From a virus (taxonomy: Duplodnaviria; Caudoviricetes): a stretch of DNA of 36,753 nucleotides. The notes under the pieces are model-generated. The model did no database searches. It was given only the letters and a program-made list of their open reading frames with translations, and was not told where the DNA came from. Both the position numbers and the translations under genes were made by a program. Of the stretch, positions 17,781-27,156 are shown piece by piece. Where the stretch lies: positions 1 through 36,753 of the IMG/VR virus record IMGVR_UViG_3300012940_000057. One strand, 5' to 3'. The stretch's first letter is position 1. Each line of letters opens with the position of its first letter.

Positions 17781-17975
17781 CTAATTATTTCGATTTTTCT
17801 GTGTATTACCACGAATCTCATCCTTGATTTCTTCAAATTCTGCATATAATTCTTGACTTTGTTCTTTTAACATTTTTTGTGTATTGGCTTTTCCCATTGC
17901 TGTAACGAAAATAATAACAACAATCAACATCAATACGTTAAAATTTTCAAATTGATTTAATAACCAATCCTGCAT
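17781..17975 (-). CDS. Small single-TM membrane protein
   Basis: Hydrophobic stretch VLMLIVVIIFVTAM. RBS AAGGAG. Confidence 0.65.
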   Translation of the reverse strand: MQDWLLNQFENFNVLMLIVVIIFVTAMGKANTQKMLKEQSQELYAEFEEIKDEIRGNTQKNRNN

Positions 17976-17987
17976 AGTTATTGCTCC

Positions 17988-18704
17988 TTATTTTCCACTT
18001 GCCCCAAGTTTTGAAGTTTCTCTTTTTGATTTAATATTTTTCAATTCATCATAAGGAATTTCTTGTAAGACAATTTTTGGTACTAAATCAATTGTTCCCT
18101 GTGCAATGGCTTTAGTGGATGGATAATATATCACTCCACCTTTTTCAACAACTTGATCCACTTCTTTTGAAATGACAATCTTTTTATATAAAGAACATAT
18201 ATTAATGAAAATTTCTCCACGATAGCCACTATCAACCACGCCAGATAATACATTCATTCCTAATTTTCCGGTACTTCCTCTTTCATGCTTTAGATTCAGA
18301 TAATAATGTTTTGGTAATGCTGTTGCAATTCCAGTAGGAACTAATGTTGGTTTGCCAACATCCAAAGTAATTTCAGCAATATCATCATCTAAGCAAGCGT
18401 AAAAATCATATCCAGCATCTTCATCACGCTTGCTAGGAACAATTGCATTACTGCTCAGTTTAGAGAAATAAACAGTGTCTTTTAATTCTTTTTTAAATTT
18501 GTCAATATCCCATAAATCAAAAGTTTCTATGGTTTTATAGGCATGTCCTTTTTTAAAGATAGTATGTTCAATTTCGGCTTTGTAAATCTTTTTATCCAAA
18601 TCAATTTCAAGTTTCTTAACATAACCAGCTTTTTTTAATTTTTTTAACCAAACTTTTTCACCGATTCTATAATATCTTTTTTGCTTTTTTTCCATTGTGT
18701 TCAT
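17988..18704 (-). CDS. dut: Trimeric dUTPase with N-terminal extra domain
   Basis: DAGYDF, LVPTG, ERGS, GVVDSGYRGEI, IAQG, R....LGASG. Confidence 0.9.
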   Translation of the reverse strand: MNTMEKKQKRYYRIGEKVWLKKLKKAGYVKKLEIDLDKKIYKAEIEHTIFKKGHAYKTIETFDLWDIDKFKKELKDTVYFSKLSSNAIVPSKRDEDAGYDFYACLDDDIAEITLDVGKPTLVPTGIATALPKHYYLNLKHERGSTGKLGMNVLSGVVDSGYRGEIFINICSLYKKIVISKEVDQVVEKGGVIYYPSTKAIAQGTIDLVPKIVLQEIPYDELKNIKSKRETSKLGASGK

Positions 18705-18717
18705 TCCTCTCTTTTAA

Positions 18718-19791
18718 TTAATCAATTTCTAATTCATCAAAATCAAAATCATCTAGGGTTAAGTTCCCATTATCTTTTGCATAGTTCTGTACTTTTTCTT
18801 CAAAAAAATCTGTCTTAATTTGATTAAATTTTGTAAATTGGTCAATAAATGGTAGTGGATTCTTTTCTACACCTTTGTAAATAGGATTAAAACCAATGGC
18901 TTCTAACCTTGAATTGGCGATATATCGAATGTATTTGTCGATTAAATCAATAGATAAACCCCGAATTTTATCACCAATGGCATATCTCGCCCATTCAATT
19001 TCATGATCCACCCCTTCTTTTACCATTTGCAACAGCTTGTCTTTCATTTCTGTTGTGAAAAGATATGGTTTTTCTTTTTGAAGTTCTAGAAACATGTTTT
19101 TAAATAAAACAACATGGGTTAATTCATCTCGGTTAATAAATCGAATAGAAGTTGCTACACCTGTCATAACATCATATGATCTGACAAGATTGTAAAAGAA
19201 AGCAAAACCACTATAGAAGTACAATCCTTCAAGAATGTAATTTGCCATCATTACCTGCAACATACCTTCTTCTGATTTATTATCTTTAAAGTCTTGGTAA
19301 TAATTAGCAATGTAACTGTTACGTTTTACTAGGTACTTATCTTCAATAGCAATGTCATATAATGCTTTTCTTTTTTCTGCCGGAATGACGGTTTCAATAA
19401 TGTATCCATAACTTTGTGAATGTAATGCTTCTTGATACTGCTGGATACTAATCAATAAATTTATTTCCGGCAAAGTAATGTAATCATTAATGTTTGGCAA
19501 GTTTACCGTTTGAAGTGAATCAAGAAAAACTAAGAAGGATAGAATTTTGTCAAAAGTCTCTCTTACTTCATCCTGCAATAATGGATATTGAATCTTATCT
19601 TGACCTAATGCAACTTCTTCCGGTATCCAAAAATTTCCCATCATTGTTTTGTAAAGCCGGAAAGACCAATTATATTTGTTATCTGACAAAATCATTAAAT
19701 TGTTTGTCTTTCCACCAATGAGCAATCTTTCTTCACTATTGGACACGCTAGGATTAAATATCTTTTTTTCCACAAGCTTTCTTGTCTGCAT
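18718..19791 (-). CDS. nrdB: Class I ribonucleotide reductase beta subunit
   Basis: FWIPEE, FLDSLQ, QEALHSQSY, LEGLYFYSGF, RDELTH, DFFE. Confidence 0.95.
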   Translation of the reverse strand: MQTRKLVEKKIFNPSVSNSEERLLIGGKTNNLMILSDNKYNWSFRLYKTMMGNFWIPEEVALGQDKIQYPLLQDEVRETFDKILSFLVFLDSLQTVNLPNINDYITLPEINLLISIQQYQEALHSQSYGYIIETVIPAEKRKALYDIAIEDKYLVKRNSYIANYYQDFKDNKSEEGMLQVMMANYILEGLYFYSGFAFFYNLVRSYDVMTGVATSIRFINRDELTHVVLFKNMFLELQKEKPYLFTTEMKDKLLQMVKEGVDHEIEWARYAIGDKIRGLSIDLIDKYIRYIANSRLEAIGFNPIYKGVEKNPLPFIDQFTKFNQIKTDFFEEKVQNYAKDNGNLTLDDFDFDELEID

Positions 19792-19862
19792 TATCTTCCC
19801 TCCTTTGTATGATTTTATTTTGTGAAACTTTCAAGGTAATAATCATGGTAATTGATAGTAAA

Positions 19863-20438
19863 TTAAATCACTTTCAAGGAAGTAAATTGTGGATAAAGAT
19901 TTTTTTGCCATACAAAATGACCGTATTCAGTTGCATCTGTTTTTCCATTCTTTGTGAAACTAATTCTCCGATTGTGAACAAAGCAATATTTAGGCATTTG
20001 TTTATCGAAAAATTTTTTCCTTTTTTTACTGGCAAAGAAATTCAATCTTAAAAGCATGATGACAAACCCATGATCTTCTACATCAATTAATGCTTTTTCA
20101 ATAAATTCCATAGCTTGTAAATATGGAGGATTAGATATAATGACAAATGGTTTAAAATGCAATTCAGTTTCTAAATAATTCATTTTAATTTCTGCTCTTG
20201 AATCTTCTCTTATATCCATTGTCTTAATTAAATCTTGATTGACTCCAAATTGAATTAATGCTTCGGGATAACTCATTTTGTTAGTCGCATCACCACCAGC
20301 ACAACAGTCAAGTATAGTTTTATCAAAAGGATAATCTTCATACTTGATAAATTCTGTTAAAAATTCAGTGATCTTTTCAATAGGTGTAATATAATAATCC
20401 GATTTATGTCTCTTATCTCTACTGCTCGTTCTGCTCAT
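19863..20438 (-). CDS. Orphan amino-(N6A/N4C) DNA methyltransferase-like protein
   Basis: DYYITP, ILDCCAGG (motif I), IISNPPY (motif IV), MLLRLNF. Confidence 0.8.
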   Translation of the reverse strand: MSRTSSRDKRHKSDYYITPIEKITEFLTEFIKYEDYPFDKTILDCCAGGDATNKMSYPEALIQFGVNQDLIKTMDIREDSRAEIKMNYLETELHFKPFVIISNPPYLQAMEFIEKALIDVEDHGFVIMLLRLNFFASKKRKKFFDKQMPKYCFVHNRRISFTKNGKTDATEYGHFVWQKNLYPQFTSLKVI

Positions 20439-20454
20439 AAAATCCTCCTTCTCT

Positions 20455-22737
20455 TTAGGAACTGCAAGCTATACACTCTTCTACATCTAAAGACATAGAT
20501 CGGGTGTAATAAATGGTTTTACATCCACTTGACCATGCTTGTAAATACCACTTTAATATTTTTATTCCAAGATTTTCCTCTTGTGGATTGATATACAAAT
20601 TGAAACTTTGTGATTGATCAATATGTCTTTGTCGCACAGCATTTGCTTTGATACTCCATTTTTGATCAATAGCATGTGCTGGCTTGTAATAAAAAATTGT
20701 TTCGGGAGATAAATACGGAGCAATGATAGGAACAACTTGATTTTTCTTTTCATCATAATAAAGAGTAGAAAAAATAGGATCGATAGATTGAGTAGATCCA
20801 CCATACAAACTACTAGATCCATTTGGAGCAATAGCTAACAAGTACGAATTTCTCATACCATATTTCTTCACATTCTCAGCTAGTTCTCTCCACATTTCAG
20901 TAGTAATCTCTTTTCCTTCTCTATTTCCGGTAGTGTAATCTCTTTTACGAAAATACTCTCCACTTTCCCATTCGCTACCTTCTGACATTTCACATTTACC
21001 TTTTTCAATAGCAAGTTCATTAGATGTTTTGATTGCGTAATAATTGATCATTTCAAAAATGTTATCTACAAATTCTAAGTGTTCTTCTGATTCCCATCTA
21101 ATTTTATTTTTGGCTAACATGGCATGATAACCAAATGCCCCTAATCCTAATGATCGATATTTCTTATTAGTATTTTTTGCTTCTTCTACAGGATAAAAAT
21201 TCAAATCAATTACATTGTCCATCATTCGTATTAAGACAGGAACAACCTCTTTGATCTTTTCGTGACTATCAGTATTATTTAAAATCAATGATGATAAGTT
21301 ACAAACAACAAATTCCCCTTGCTGTCTGCTTTCATTGATAAAAGTTTCTCCATTCGCATTGACAATTGTTGTCCTTATTACTTCACCATTTGGGCTAGTG
21401 TTTTGAGCAATTTCATGACACAAGTTAGAACAATAAATGATTCTTCCGTCTTGACTAATAGGATTAAATCTATTGACTGTATCTCTAAAAAATAAAAATG
21501 GATTGCCTGTTTCCGTAGCCGACTTAATAATATGTTGCATAATCTCTAATGCTTTTACTTTTTTCTTTGGTAACTCAGGATGTTCTACACATTCCCAATA
21601 TCGTTTTTCAAATTCCTCTCCCCAATAATCTTCTATCCTATATCCCATATGAGTTTCAATTTCATGAGGACAGAATAGATACCAATCACCTTTTGCTTTT
21701 ACCTGTTCCATAAAGAGATCCGGAATAGAGACTGCCGGAAAAATATCCATTGCCTTTAATCTTTCATCCCCATTGGTAGTTTTCAAAGCAAGGAAGGTGA
21801 AAATATCTCTATGCCATACATCTAAAGTGACAGATACAGCACCTTTTCTTGTGCCTAATTGATCACAAGCTAAACTTGTATCATTGAGCAATTTACACCA
21901 ATAAACAATTCCCTTACTTGTATTTTTAAATCCTCGAATATCTGAATTTTCTGCTCTTAATTTTCCAATATATACCCCCATTCCTCCACCGTATTTACTT
22001 ACATTGGCAAAGGAAGTAAGAACATGATAGATAGATTCTAAACTATCTTCCATAGTTCCAATAAAGCAAGATGATAATTGAGAAAATGGTTTTCGTGCAT
22101 TACTCATTGTTGGTGTAGCACATGTTGAAGTTAGAAGTGACAATACATCATAAAACTTTTTCGCCCATTCGACACGCTTTTCTTCTTTTTCTGCCAAAGC
22201 AAGATACATGGCAACTCCCATATATGCTTCTTGTGGAAGTTCCAAAATCTTCTTGTCATGTGACCGAATCAAATATCTTTCAGCTAATGTTTTTACCCCC
22301 ACATAACTTAGTAAATGATCTCTTTCGGGTTTAATGTATCTGCCTAACTCAATAATGTCTTTCTTGTAATAATTCTTTAAAATATCTTCATGATATAATC
22401 CCATCTTTGTAAGATTTTTAATGAGTTTGTAAAAATCACCATAGCCATATCTTCTGTATTCTCTATTGATTCCAGCTTGCTTGATAATGTCATATAGATA
22501 TAATTTGGATGCTACTTTATCCCAATAGGGTTCTTCCAAACTTACTTTATCTACAGCTAGTTGAATGAGACTTTTTTGAACATCTTGTGTGTCCATTTTA
22601 TCTTTTAACTGCAAATGGAGATCTGAAATGAAAGTTTGAATCATTTCTTTATTATTGTCACAGGCAAACTCGATAACTTTCTTGACTTTATCAAAGTCAA
22701 AAGCTTCTAATTTCCCACTTCTTTTTATGACTTGCAT
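20455..22737 (-). CDS. nrdA: Class I ribonucleotide reductase alpha subunit with ATP cone
   Basis: VIKRSG ATP cone, ATPT, QLSSCF, CSNLCHEI, VCNLSS, AIAPNGS, IDQSQS, TIYY, C-terminal CxxC. Confidence 0.96.
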   Translation of the reverse strand: MQVIKRSGKLEAFDFDKVKKVIEFACDNNKEMIQTFISDLHLQLKDKMDTQDVQKSLIQLAVDKVSLEEPYWDKVASKLYLYDIIKQAGINREYRRYGYGDFYKLIKNLTKMGLYHEDILKNYYKKDIIELGRYIKPERDHLLSYVGVKTLAERYLIRSHDKKILELPQEAYMGVAMYLALAEKEEKRVEWAKKFYDVLSLLTSTCATPTMSNARKPFSQLSSCFIGTMEDSLESIYHVLTSFANVSKYGGGMGVYIGKLRAENSDIRGFKNTSKGIVYWCKLLNDTSLACDQLGTRKGAVSVTLDVWHRDIFTFLALKTTNGDERLKAMDIFPAVSIPDLFMEQVKAKGDWYLFCPHEIETHMGYRIEDYWGEEFEKRYWECVEHPELPKKKVKALEIMQHIIKSATETGNPFLFFRDTVNRFNPISQDGRIIYCSNLCHEIAQNTSPNGEVIRTTIVNANGETFINESRQQGEFVVCNLSSLILNNTDSHEKIKEVVPVLIRMMDNVIDLNFYPVEEAKNTNKKYRSLGLGAFGYHAMLAKNKIRWESEEHLEFVDNIFEMINYYAIKTSNELAIEKGKCEMSEGSEWESGEYFRKRDYTTGNREGKEITTEMWRELAENVKKYGMRNSYLLAIAPNGSSSLYGGSTQSIDPIFSTLYYDEKKNQVVPIIAPYLSPETIFYYKPAHAIDQKWSIKANAVRQRHIDQSQSFNLYINPQEENLGIKILKWYLQAWSSGCKTIYYTRSMSLDVEECIACSS

Positions 22738-22753
22738 ATCTCTACTCCTTCCA

Positions 22754-22773
22754 TAAGCAATATTTGGTTATTT
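22754..22773 (-). promoter_or_regulatory. Operator-like repeat copy before nrdA
   Basis: TAAGCAATATTTGGTTATTT, 19/20 match to the 3654 and 27133 copies. Confidence 0.65.
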
Positions 22774-22855
22774 ATAATCTTGATTTTCTATTCTTTGCAT
22801 TTTTAATCCACCAAATTGCTAATATGACAATCAATACTAATCCTAGAAATTTCAT
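22772..22855 (-). CDS. 27-aa membrane peptide (not in ORF track)
   Basis: MKFLGLVLIVILAIWWIKNAKNRKSRL with RBS GAAGGAG. Confidence 0.6.
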   Translation of the reverse strand: MKFLGLVLIVILAIWWIKNAKNRKSRL

Positions 22856-22867
22856 AAATTGACTCCT

Positions 22868-24553
22868 TCAAATATTTAATTTAAAATCTTCCATAAATAC
22901 TTGTTTTGTAATAATTAATTCTTTCTTTCCAAAATGATAAAAACGATTTATATTAAGTGTGCCTACTATATCAGCTTCTACAAAGAAGTTATTTTCGTCA
23001 TTTAACGCATTAAAGAATTGGCTTGCATACTCTTCATCCGTTTTAAATTTCATGACAGCTAAATCATTTTCACAATTTAATTTAAGCGTTTCTTTTACAT
23101 TTTTCCCAAGCATTTCACCGTCTTGAATGATTACATTCTTGATTAAAAATTTAGGTACTGGAACACCCTGACCTGTAATTTTTGAAAATTTTTCCACACC
23201 TTCAATTAGTTCTAATGTAATTTCATCTGCATCTAATTCAAGATCATATTCGATTATTTCCTCGGATTCAGAATTTTCAATTAATTCATCCAATGCTTCT
23301 AAAGCTTCTTCTAATTTTTTCGCTTTTATTCCGACTCCAAAAGCTTTTTCATGACCTTGACAATATAAAAAATCTCCTGTGATTTGACAATATTCTTTTA
23401 ATTTAATTTGTCCTATGCTTCTTGCACTTCCATGATATTCATTTTTTTCTTCATTAAATGTGAGTACAAATGCTGGTTTTTTTAATTTGCTGGTAACTTG
23501 CATACAAATTAATCCTCTAAAATTCGCTTCAATATTATTGTCAATAATCACAGCAACTTTATGAGAATTATTAACTTTGTCCAATACAGCTTCTACAATT
23601 TCCTTCTCTTCTTTTTTTCTCACATCATTCATTTTTTTTAATTCTTTTGCGATCTCTTTTGCTCGTATTTCATCTGATTCAACTAACAACTCTAAAGCCA
23701 ATTCAATCTTGTCAAAACGTGAACAGGCATTTAACAAAGGAGATATTTTATAACCAATGTCTATACTAGAAATTCCATAATAAAAATCAACATTATTGAC
23801 TTTGAGTAATTGTTGTAATCCTTCATTGTGAATAGCTTTTATTCCACGATTGACTAATGAACGATTTTCCTTTTCATTGAGATCCATTAAATCAGCTACT
23901 AATCCAATAGCTACTAAATCTAAATATTCATCAGCATTATCTTGATTTAAATATTCATCTAGCACTTGCAAAACTTTGTAACACATTGCCGATCCACTTA
24001 AAGCCTTATTTGGATAATCACCTAATTGACAATTGACAATTGTTGCATATGGATTTTCCCGATCAATAGCATGATGATCAATTATGACAATATCACAATT
24101 ATATTTTTCACTCACCATCTTACAAGCTTCAACCGAATTGGAACTTGAATCCACAATGATAAGAAGATCGGTAAGCTTATCAAGATAAACAATATTTTTC
24201 TTATCATTCATTTCTTCTAAAATGGTTTCCAATCCATGTCCATAACTTCTTTGAGAATGAACTATTGAAAGATTATCTGTATGTTCCTTCAAATAATTGT
24301 ACATAATAGCACAGGAAACAATGCCATCAGCATCTACATCAGACATGATTTTTATATTTTCATTTTTGTAAAGTGCTTTCAATATTCTTTGTACAGCTTC
24401 ATCAATATTTTCTAGCTGGTAAGGATTATGTTCAAAACTCATTGGAGGTTCTAAAAACTCATTTATATTATCAATCTTTCGTACCTTTTGAAGTTTAGTT
24501 AATATTGAATCATTTTTTTGATATTCATACCCTTCTTTTTTTACCCATAACAT
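22868..24553 (-). CDS. recJ: RecJ-like ssDNA exonuclease (DHH family, SPbeta YorK-like)
   Basis: DVDADG, IIVDS, IIDHH, GLVAD, GSARS, GHEKAFG. Start moved to MLWVKK (RBS AGGTGA). Confidence 0.92.
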   Translation of the reverse strand: MLWVKKEGYEYQKNDSILTKLQKVRKIDNINEFLEPPMSFEHNPYQLENIDEAVQRILKALYKNENIKIMSDVDADGIVSCAIMYNYLKEHTDNLSIVHSQRSYGHGLETILEEMNDKKNIVYLDKLTDLLIIVDSSSNSVEACKMVSEKYNCDIVIIDHHAIDRENPYATIVNCQLGDYPNKALSGSAMCYKVLQVLDEYLNQDNADEYLDLVAIGLVADLMDLNEKENRSLVNRGIKAIHNEGLQQLLKVNNVDFYYGISSIDIGYKISPLLNACSRFDKIELALELLVESDEIRAKEIAKELKKMNDVRKKEEKEIVEAVLDKVNNSHKVAVIIDNNIEANFRGLICMQVTSKLKKPAFVLTFNEEKNEYHGSARSIGQIKLKEYCQITGDFLYCQGHEKAFGVGIKAKKLEEALEALDELIENSESEEIIEYDLELDADEITLELIEGVEKFSKITGQGVPVPKFLIKNVIIQDGEMLGKNVKETLKLNCENDLAVMKFKTDEEYASQFFNALNDENNFFVEADIVGTLNINRFYHFGKKELIITKQVFMEDFKLNI

Positions 24554-24566
24554 TTTATCACCTATT

Positions 24567-25007
24567 TCAAACAGCTTGTAAACTATGCCATAATGCTTTT
24601 TCATTGTAAAATTTATCACTTACTTCTTGACCAAACCAATCAGCAGGTTTAAATTCTTTCATGTCTTTTTCGGTTGCAAAGTCAATTGAGATAACTGGAA
24701 GGATTTGATAATTCGGTTTAATATAAATGTCAAGAAAACATATATAATTGTCGTACAAAAAAACAACTCGATTCTTCTCAACAAAAAATCTTTTGTTCGT
24801 CTTTTGTAAAAAATCAGATTCGCTAATTTGTTCCCCATTTTTGAAGAAACATACATCAAACTGTTGCTTTCTATTATTGGATTCTCTTTCAACCATTTCA
24901 TATTTATCCTCTCCTAAATAACAATACTTGATAAAAGATCCATTAATGGCTTCCATTTTATCTAAATCAAAAGTTAAAGGATGAAATTTCCTTGTGAATG
25001 TTTCCAT
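24567..25007 (-). CDS. CYTH-like protein with degenerate metal-binding motifs
   Basis: RKF, VEKNR, LDIY, F.P.DWFGQEVS....YN..L tail typical of small CYTH proteins. Confidence 0.7.
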   Translation of the reverse strand: METFTRKFHPLTFDLDKMEAINGSFIKYCYLGEDKYEMVERESNNRKQQFDVCFFKNGEQISESDFLQKTNKRFFVEKNRVVFLYDNYICFLDIYIKPNYQILPVISIDFATEKDMKEFKPADWFGQEVSDKFYNEKALWHSLQAV

Positions 25008-25010
25008 TTA

Positions 25011-25418
25011 TCACAACTCCTCTGGATAAATTTCAATGGTATATCTATCCTTGAAAACCTCAATAATATAATGGTAATTATCAGCATCATCATAAATTCT
25101 TAATACGACAATTTTTGTATCACCAGCTTGTGCTGTTGCATATGTTTCTGAGTTATCTGATTCAAGGAGGATTATACACTCAGCAATCCAATCATTGATC
25201 TTTTCATTAGAAATGCTTTTTTCGCCTTTATATTCCTCAAAATCATCCGGAAATAATGGCAACTCTAATGTGTAATCATAATATTCATAATCCTGTTCAC
25301 TCATATCATCACTATAAGTAAAATAAATTTCTTTTGATTCTATGACTCGCTTTTCTTCTTTCTTATTATTTTTATTATTTTGGTCTTTATTACGCTTTTG
25401 GGGTTTATTAAAATCCAT
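25011..25418 (-). CDS. Hypothetical acidic protein
   Basis: 135-aa ORF with RBS GAGGTGA. Confidence 0.7.
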   Translation of the reverse strand: MDFNKPQKRNKDQNNKNNKKEEKRVIESKEIYFTYSDDMSEQDYEYYDYTLELPLFPDDFEEYKGEKSISNEKINDWIAECIILLESDNSETYATAQAGDTKIVVLRIYDDADNYHYIIEVFKDRYTIEIYPEEL

Positions 25419-25485
25419 AAGTCACCTCAAAAATCTGATTGTTATAAAAAAAGAATCCCCTCTCCCTTAGAGATTCTTTTATTTT

Positions 25486-26001
25486 CTATCTCACTTTAAA
25501 AGCGACAATTGCATCATCTTGTAAGACATTAAATTGGTAAGCTTCAATACTTTCCTTACCTTTATACAAATGATCCGTTACATCTGCAAAGGCTACTTCG
25601 GAAGGTTCATTAATACCTAATCCCATGCCATTTTCTAATCTTTCTCTCATATTTACATCTGTTTTTATTTCTTCTTTATCAGCTTGCGGTAATGCATTAT
25701 CATCTTTTTTCAAGTCTGTATTTTCATTTGTCTTTTTATCTTCATAAGGCATTTCAATATTTTGATCGAATTTATCTTCTGCCTTATCTAATTCATCTTC
25801 TACTTTATCAACTGGATTTTCTTCTGAAATAACACCCTCTTTTAACTCATAGCGATCATCTAAGCCATCTATATTACTTTGCATTTGATCAAAACGTTCA
25901 TCATGTCTGTTCAAATGCAATTGAATACTATTTCTATCAACGGTTAGATACCCTAACCAAATGAGTAGAATGACACCAGCGATAATTAAAATAGTTCTCA
26001 A
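25486..26001 (-). CDS. Membrane-anchored or secreted hypothetical protein
   Basis: N-terminal hydrophobic helix ILIIAGVILLIWLGYL, then an acidic coiled region. Confidence 0.7.
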   Translation of the reverse strand: MRTILIIAGVILLIWLGYLTVDRNSIQLHLNRHDERFDQMQSNIDGLDDRYELKEGVISEENPVDKVEDELDKAEDKFDQNIEMPYEDKKTNENTDLKKDDNALPQADKEEIKTDVNMRERLENGMGLGINEPSEVAFADVTDHLYKGKESIEAYQFNVLQDDAIVAFKVR

Positions 26002-27120
26002 TTACTTTTTTACTCCTTTCAACTTTTGTGAATTGTAGCAATTTAATTTGTATTTATGTTTTTTTATCAGATATTCCCATGTCTCTTTGCCCCGATCAAT
26101 TGGTGAATCTTTTTCATTTAATAAATCTTCTTTATCAAGTATCGTGTAACAAATGCCACCACGTATAAGTTTTGCTTGTTTCTTGATAAATGAAAGATCC
26201 ATGTCTTTGTCAAAGCAAAAGATAATTGGTACTTTTAACTGAATTAATAAGTAGGCTTGTACGTTGCTCATTTCATTTCCTTCAATAGATACCGCATTTT
26301 TAAATCCATATTGATATGCCAGCATACAACTTTTTGCGGATTCAAAAACATATACTTCTTGTTTCTCCTGTATATATGGCAATGCCCTATGAAGGTTGTA
26401 AAGAAGTATGGATTTATCACAAGGAATGAGATATAAATATTTCTTCTGTTCTGCTACATCTTTATTTTTCCCGACATACCGACCTTTAATTCCTACTATT
26501 TCTTTTCCATCATTATCATAAATTGGATAAATCACTCTTTGAGTGTCCATACAAAAACCAATTTCAAATTCTCTTTGAGTTTGGCAATTTATTCCACTTT
26601 TAATAAATTCATAATGCGGTTTCATAATATATCGTGTAAAGATACTTCTATCTATTGGTCTGTTTTTCCGATTGAGATTGTCCTCAAAAAGATCTCTTGT
26701 CTTGTTGCTGGAAAGATAAGGCTTTAACCAACTATTCCATTCTTGTTTTTTTGGTATAGATTTAAATCCGGTCACAAAGTCCATATATTCATTCCAGCCA
26801 AATAAATTACAGATCCATGCTTTTATTTCATAAAGGTTCTCTTTAACATCTTCAAATTCTTGACAATCAAAAAGGATGTAACCAATGATTGAAAATATAT
26901 CTCCTTGTATCCCTCTATTGCGAATATGGGAAGTCAAACTTTCATTGTTCTTCACCTGTACTGCTCGCTTGTTATTGCTTTGAAATTCAATTGGTAATTG
27001 TGCTGTAAATAATTGTCCATTTTGTTCCTCATTTATATTCAAACATTCCAACGCTTCAAGAATGTCTATTATCAATTCTTCATCATAAATTCTATTTTTT
27101 ATTTCTCTTAAATCACTCAT
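26002..27120 (-). CDS. DNA primase (TOPRIM, SPbeta YorJ-like)
   Basis: RVIYPIYD..G..IVGIKGR, LYNLHRA, VYVFESAKS, FCFDKD, SPIDRG. Confidence 0.85.
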   Translation of the reverse strand: MSDLREIKNRIYDEELIIDILEALECLNINEEQNGQLFTAQLPIEFQSNNKRAVQVKNNESLTSHIRNRGIQGDIFSIIGYILFDCQEFEDVKENLYEIKAWICNLFGWNEYMDFVTGFKSIPKKQEWNSWLKPYLSSNKTRDLFEDNLNRKNRPIDRSIFTRYIMKPHYEFIKSGINCQTQREFEIGFCMDTQRVIYPIYDNDGKEIVGIKGRYVGKNKDVAEQKKYLYLIPCDKSILLYNLHRALPYIQEKQEVYVFESAKSCMLAYQYGFKNAVSIEGNEMSNVQAYLLIQLKVPIIFCFDKDMDLSFIKKQAKLIRGGICYTILDKEDLLNEKDSPIDRGKETWEYLIKKHKYKLNCYNSQKLKGVKK

Positions 27121-27132
27121 AGAAAACACCTA

Positions 27133-27156
27133 TAAACAATATTTGGTTATTTGTTT
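27133..27156 (-). promoter_or_regulatory. Operator-like repeat copy before primase
   Basis: 24/24 identical to 3654-3677. Confidence 0.7.

Noticed and set aside
3869-22737. Inteins or group I introns in dnaE, thyA, nrdA, nrdB (common in SPbeta relatives)
   Set aside because: All four frames are continuous and of normal length, with no intein terminal motifs seen.
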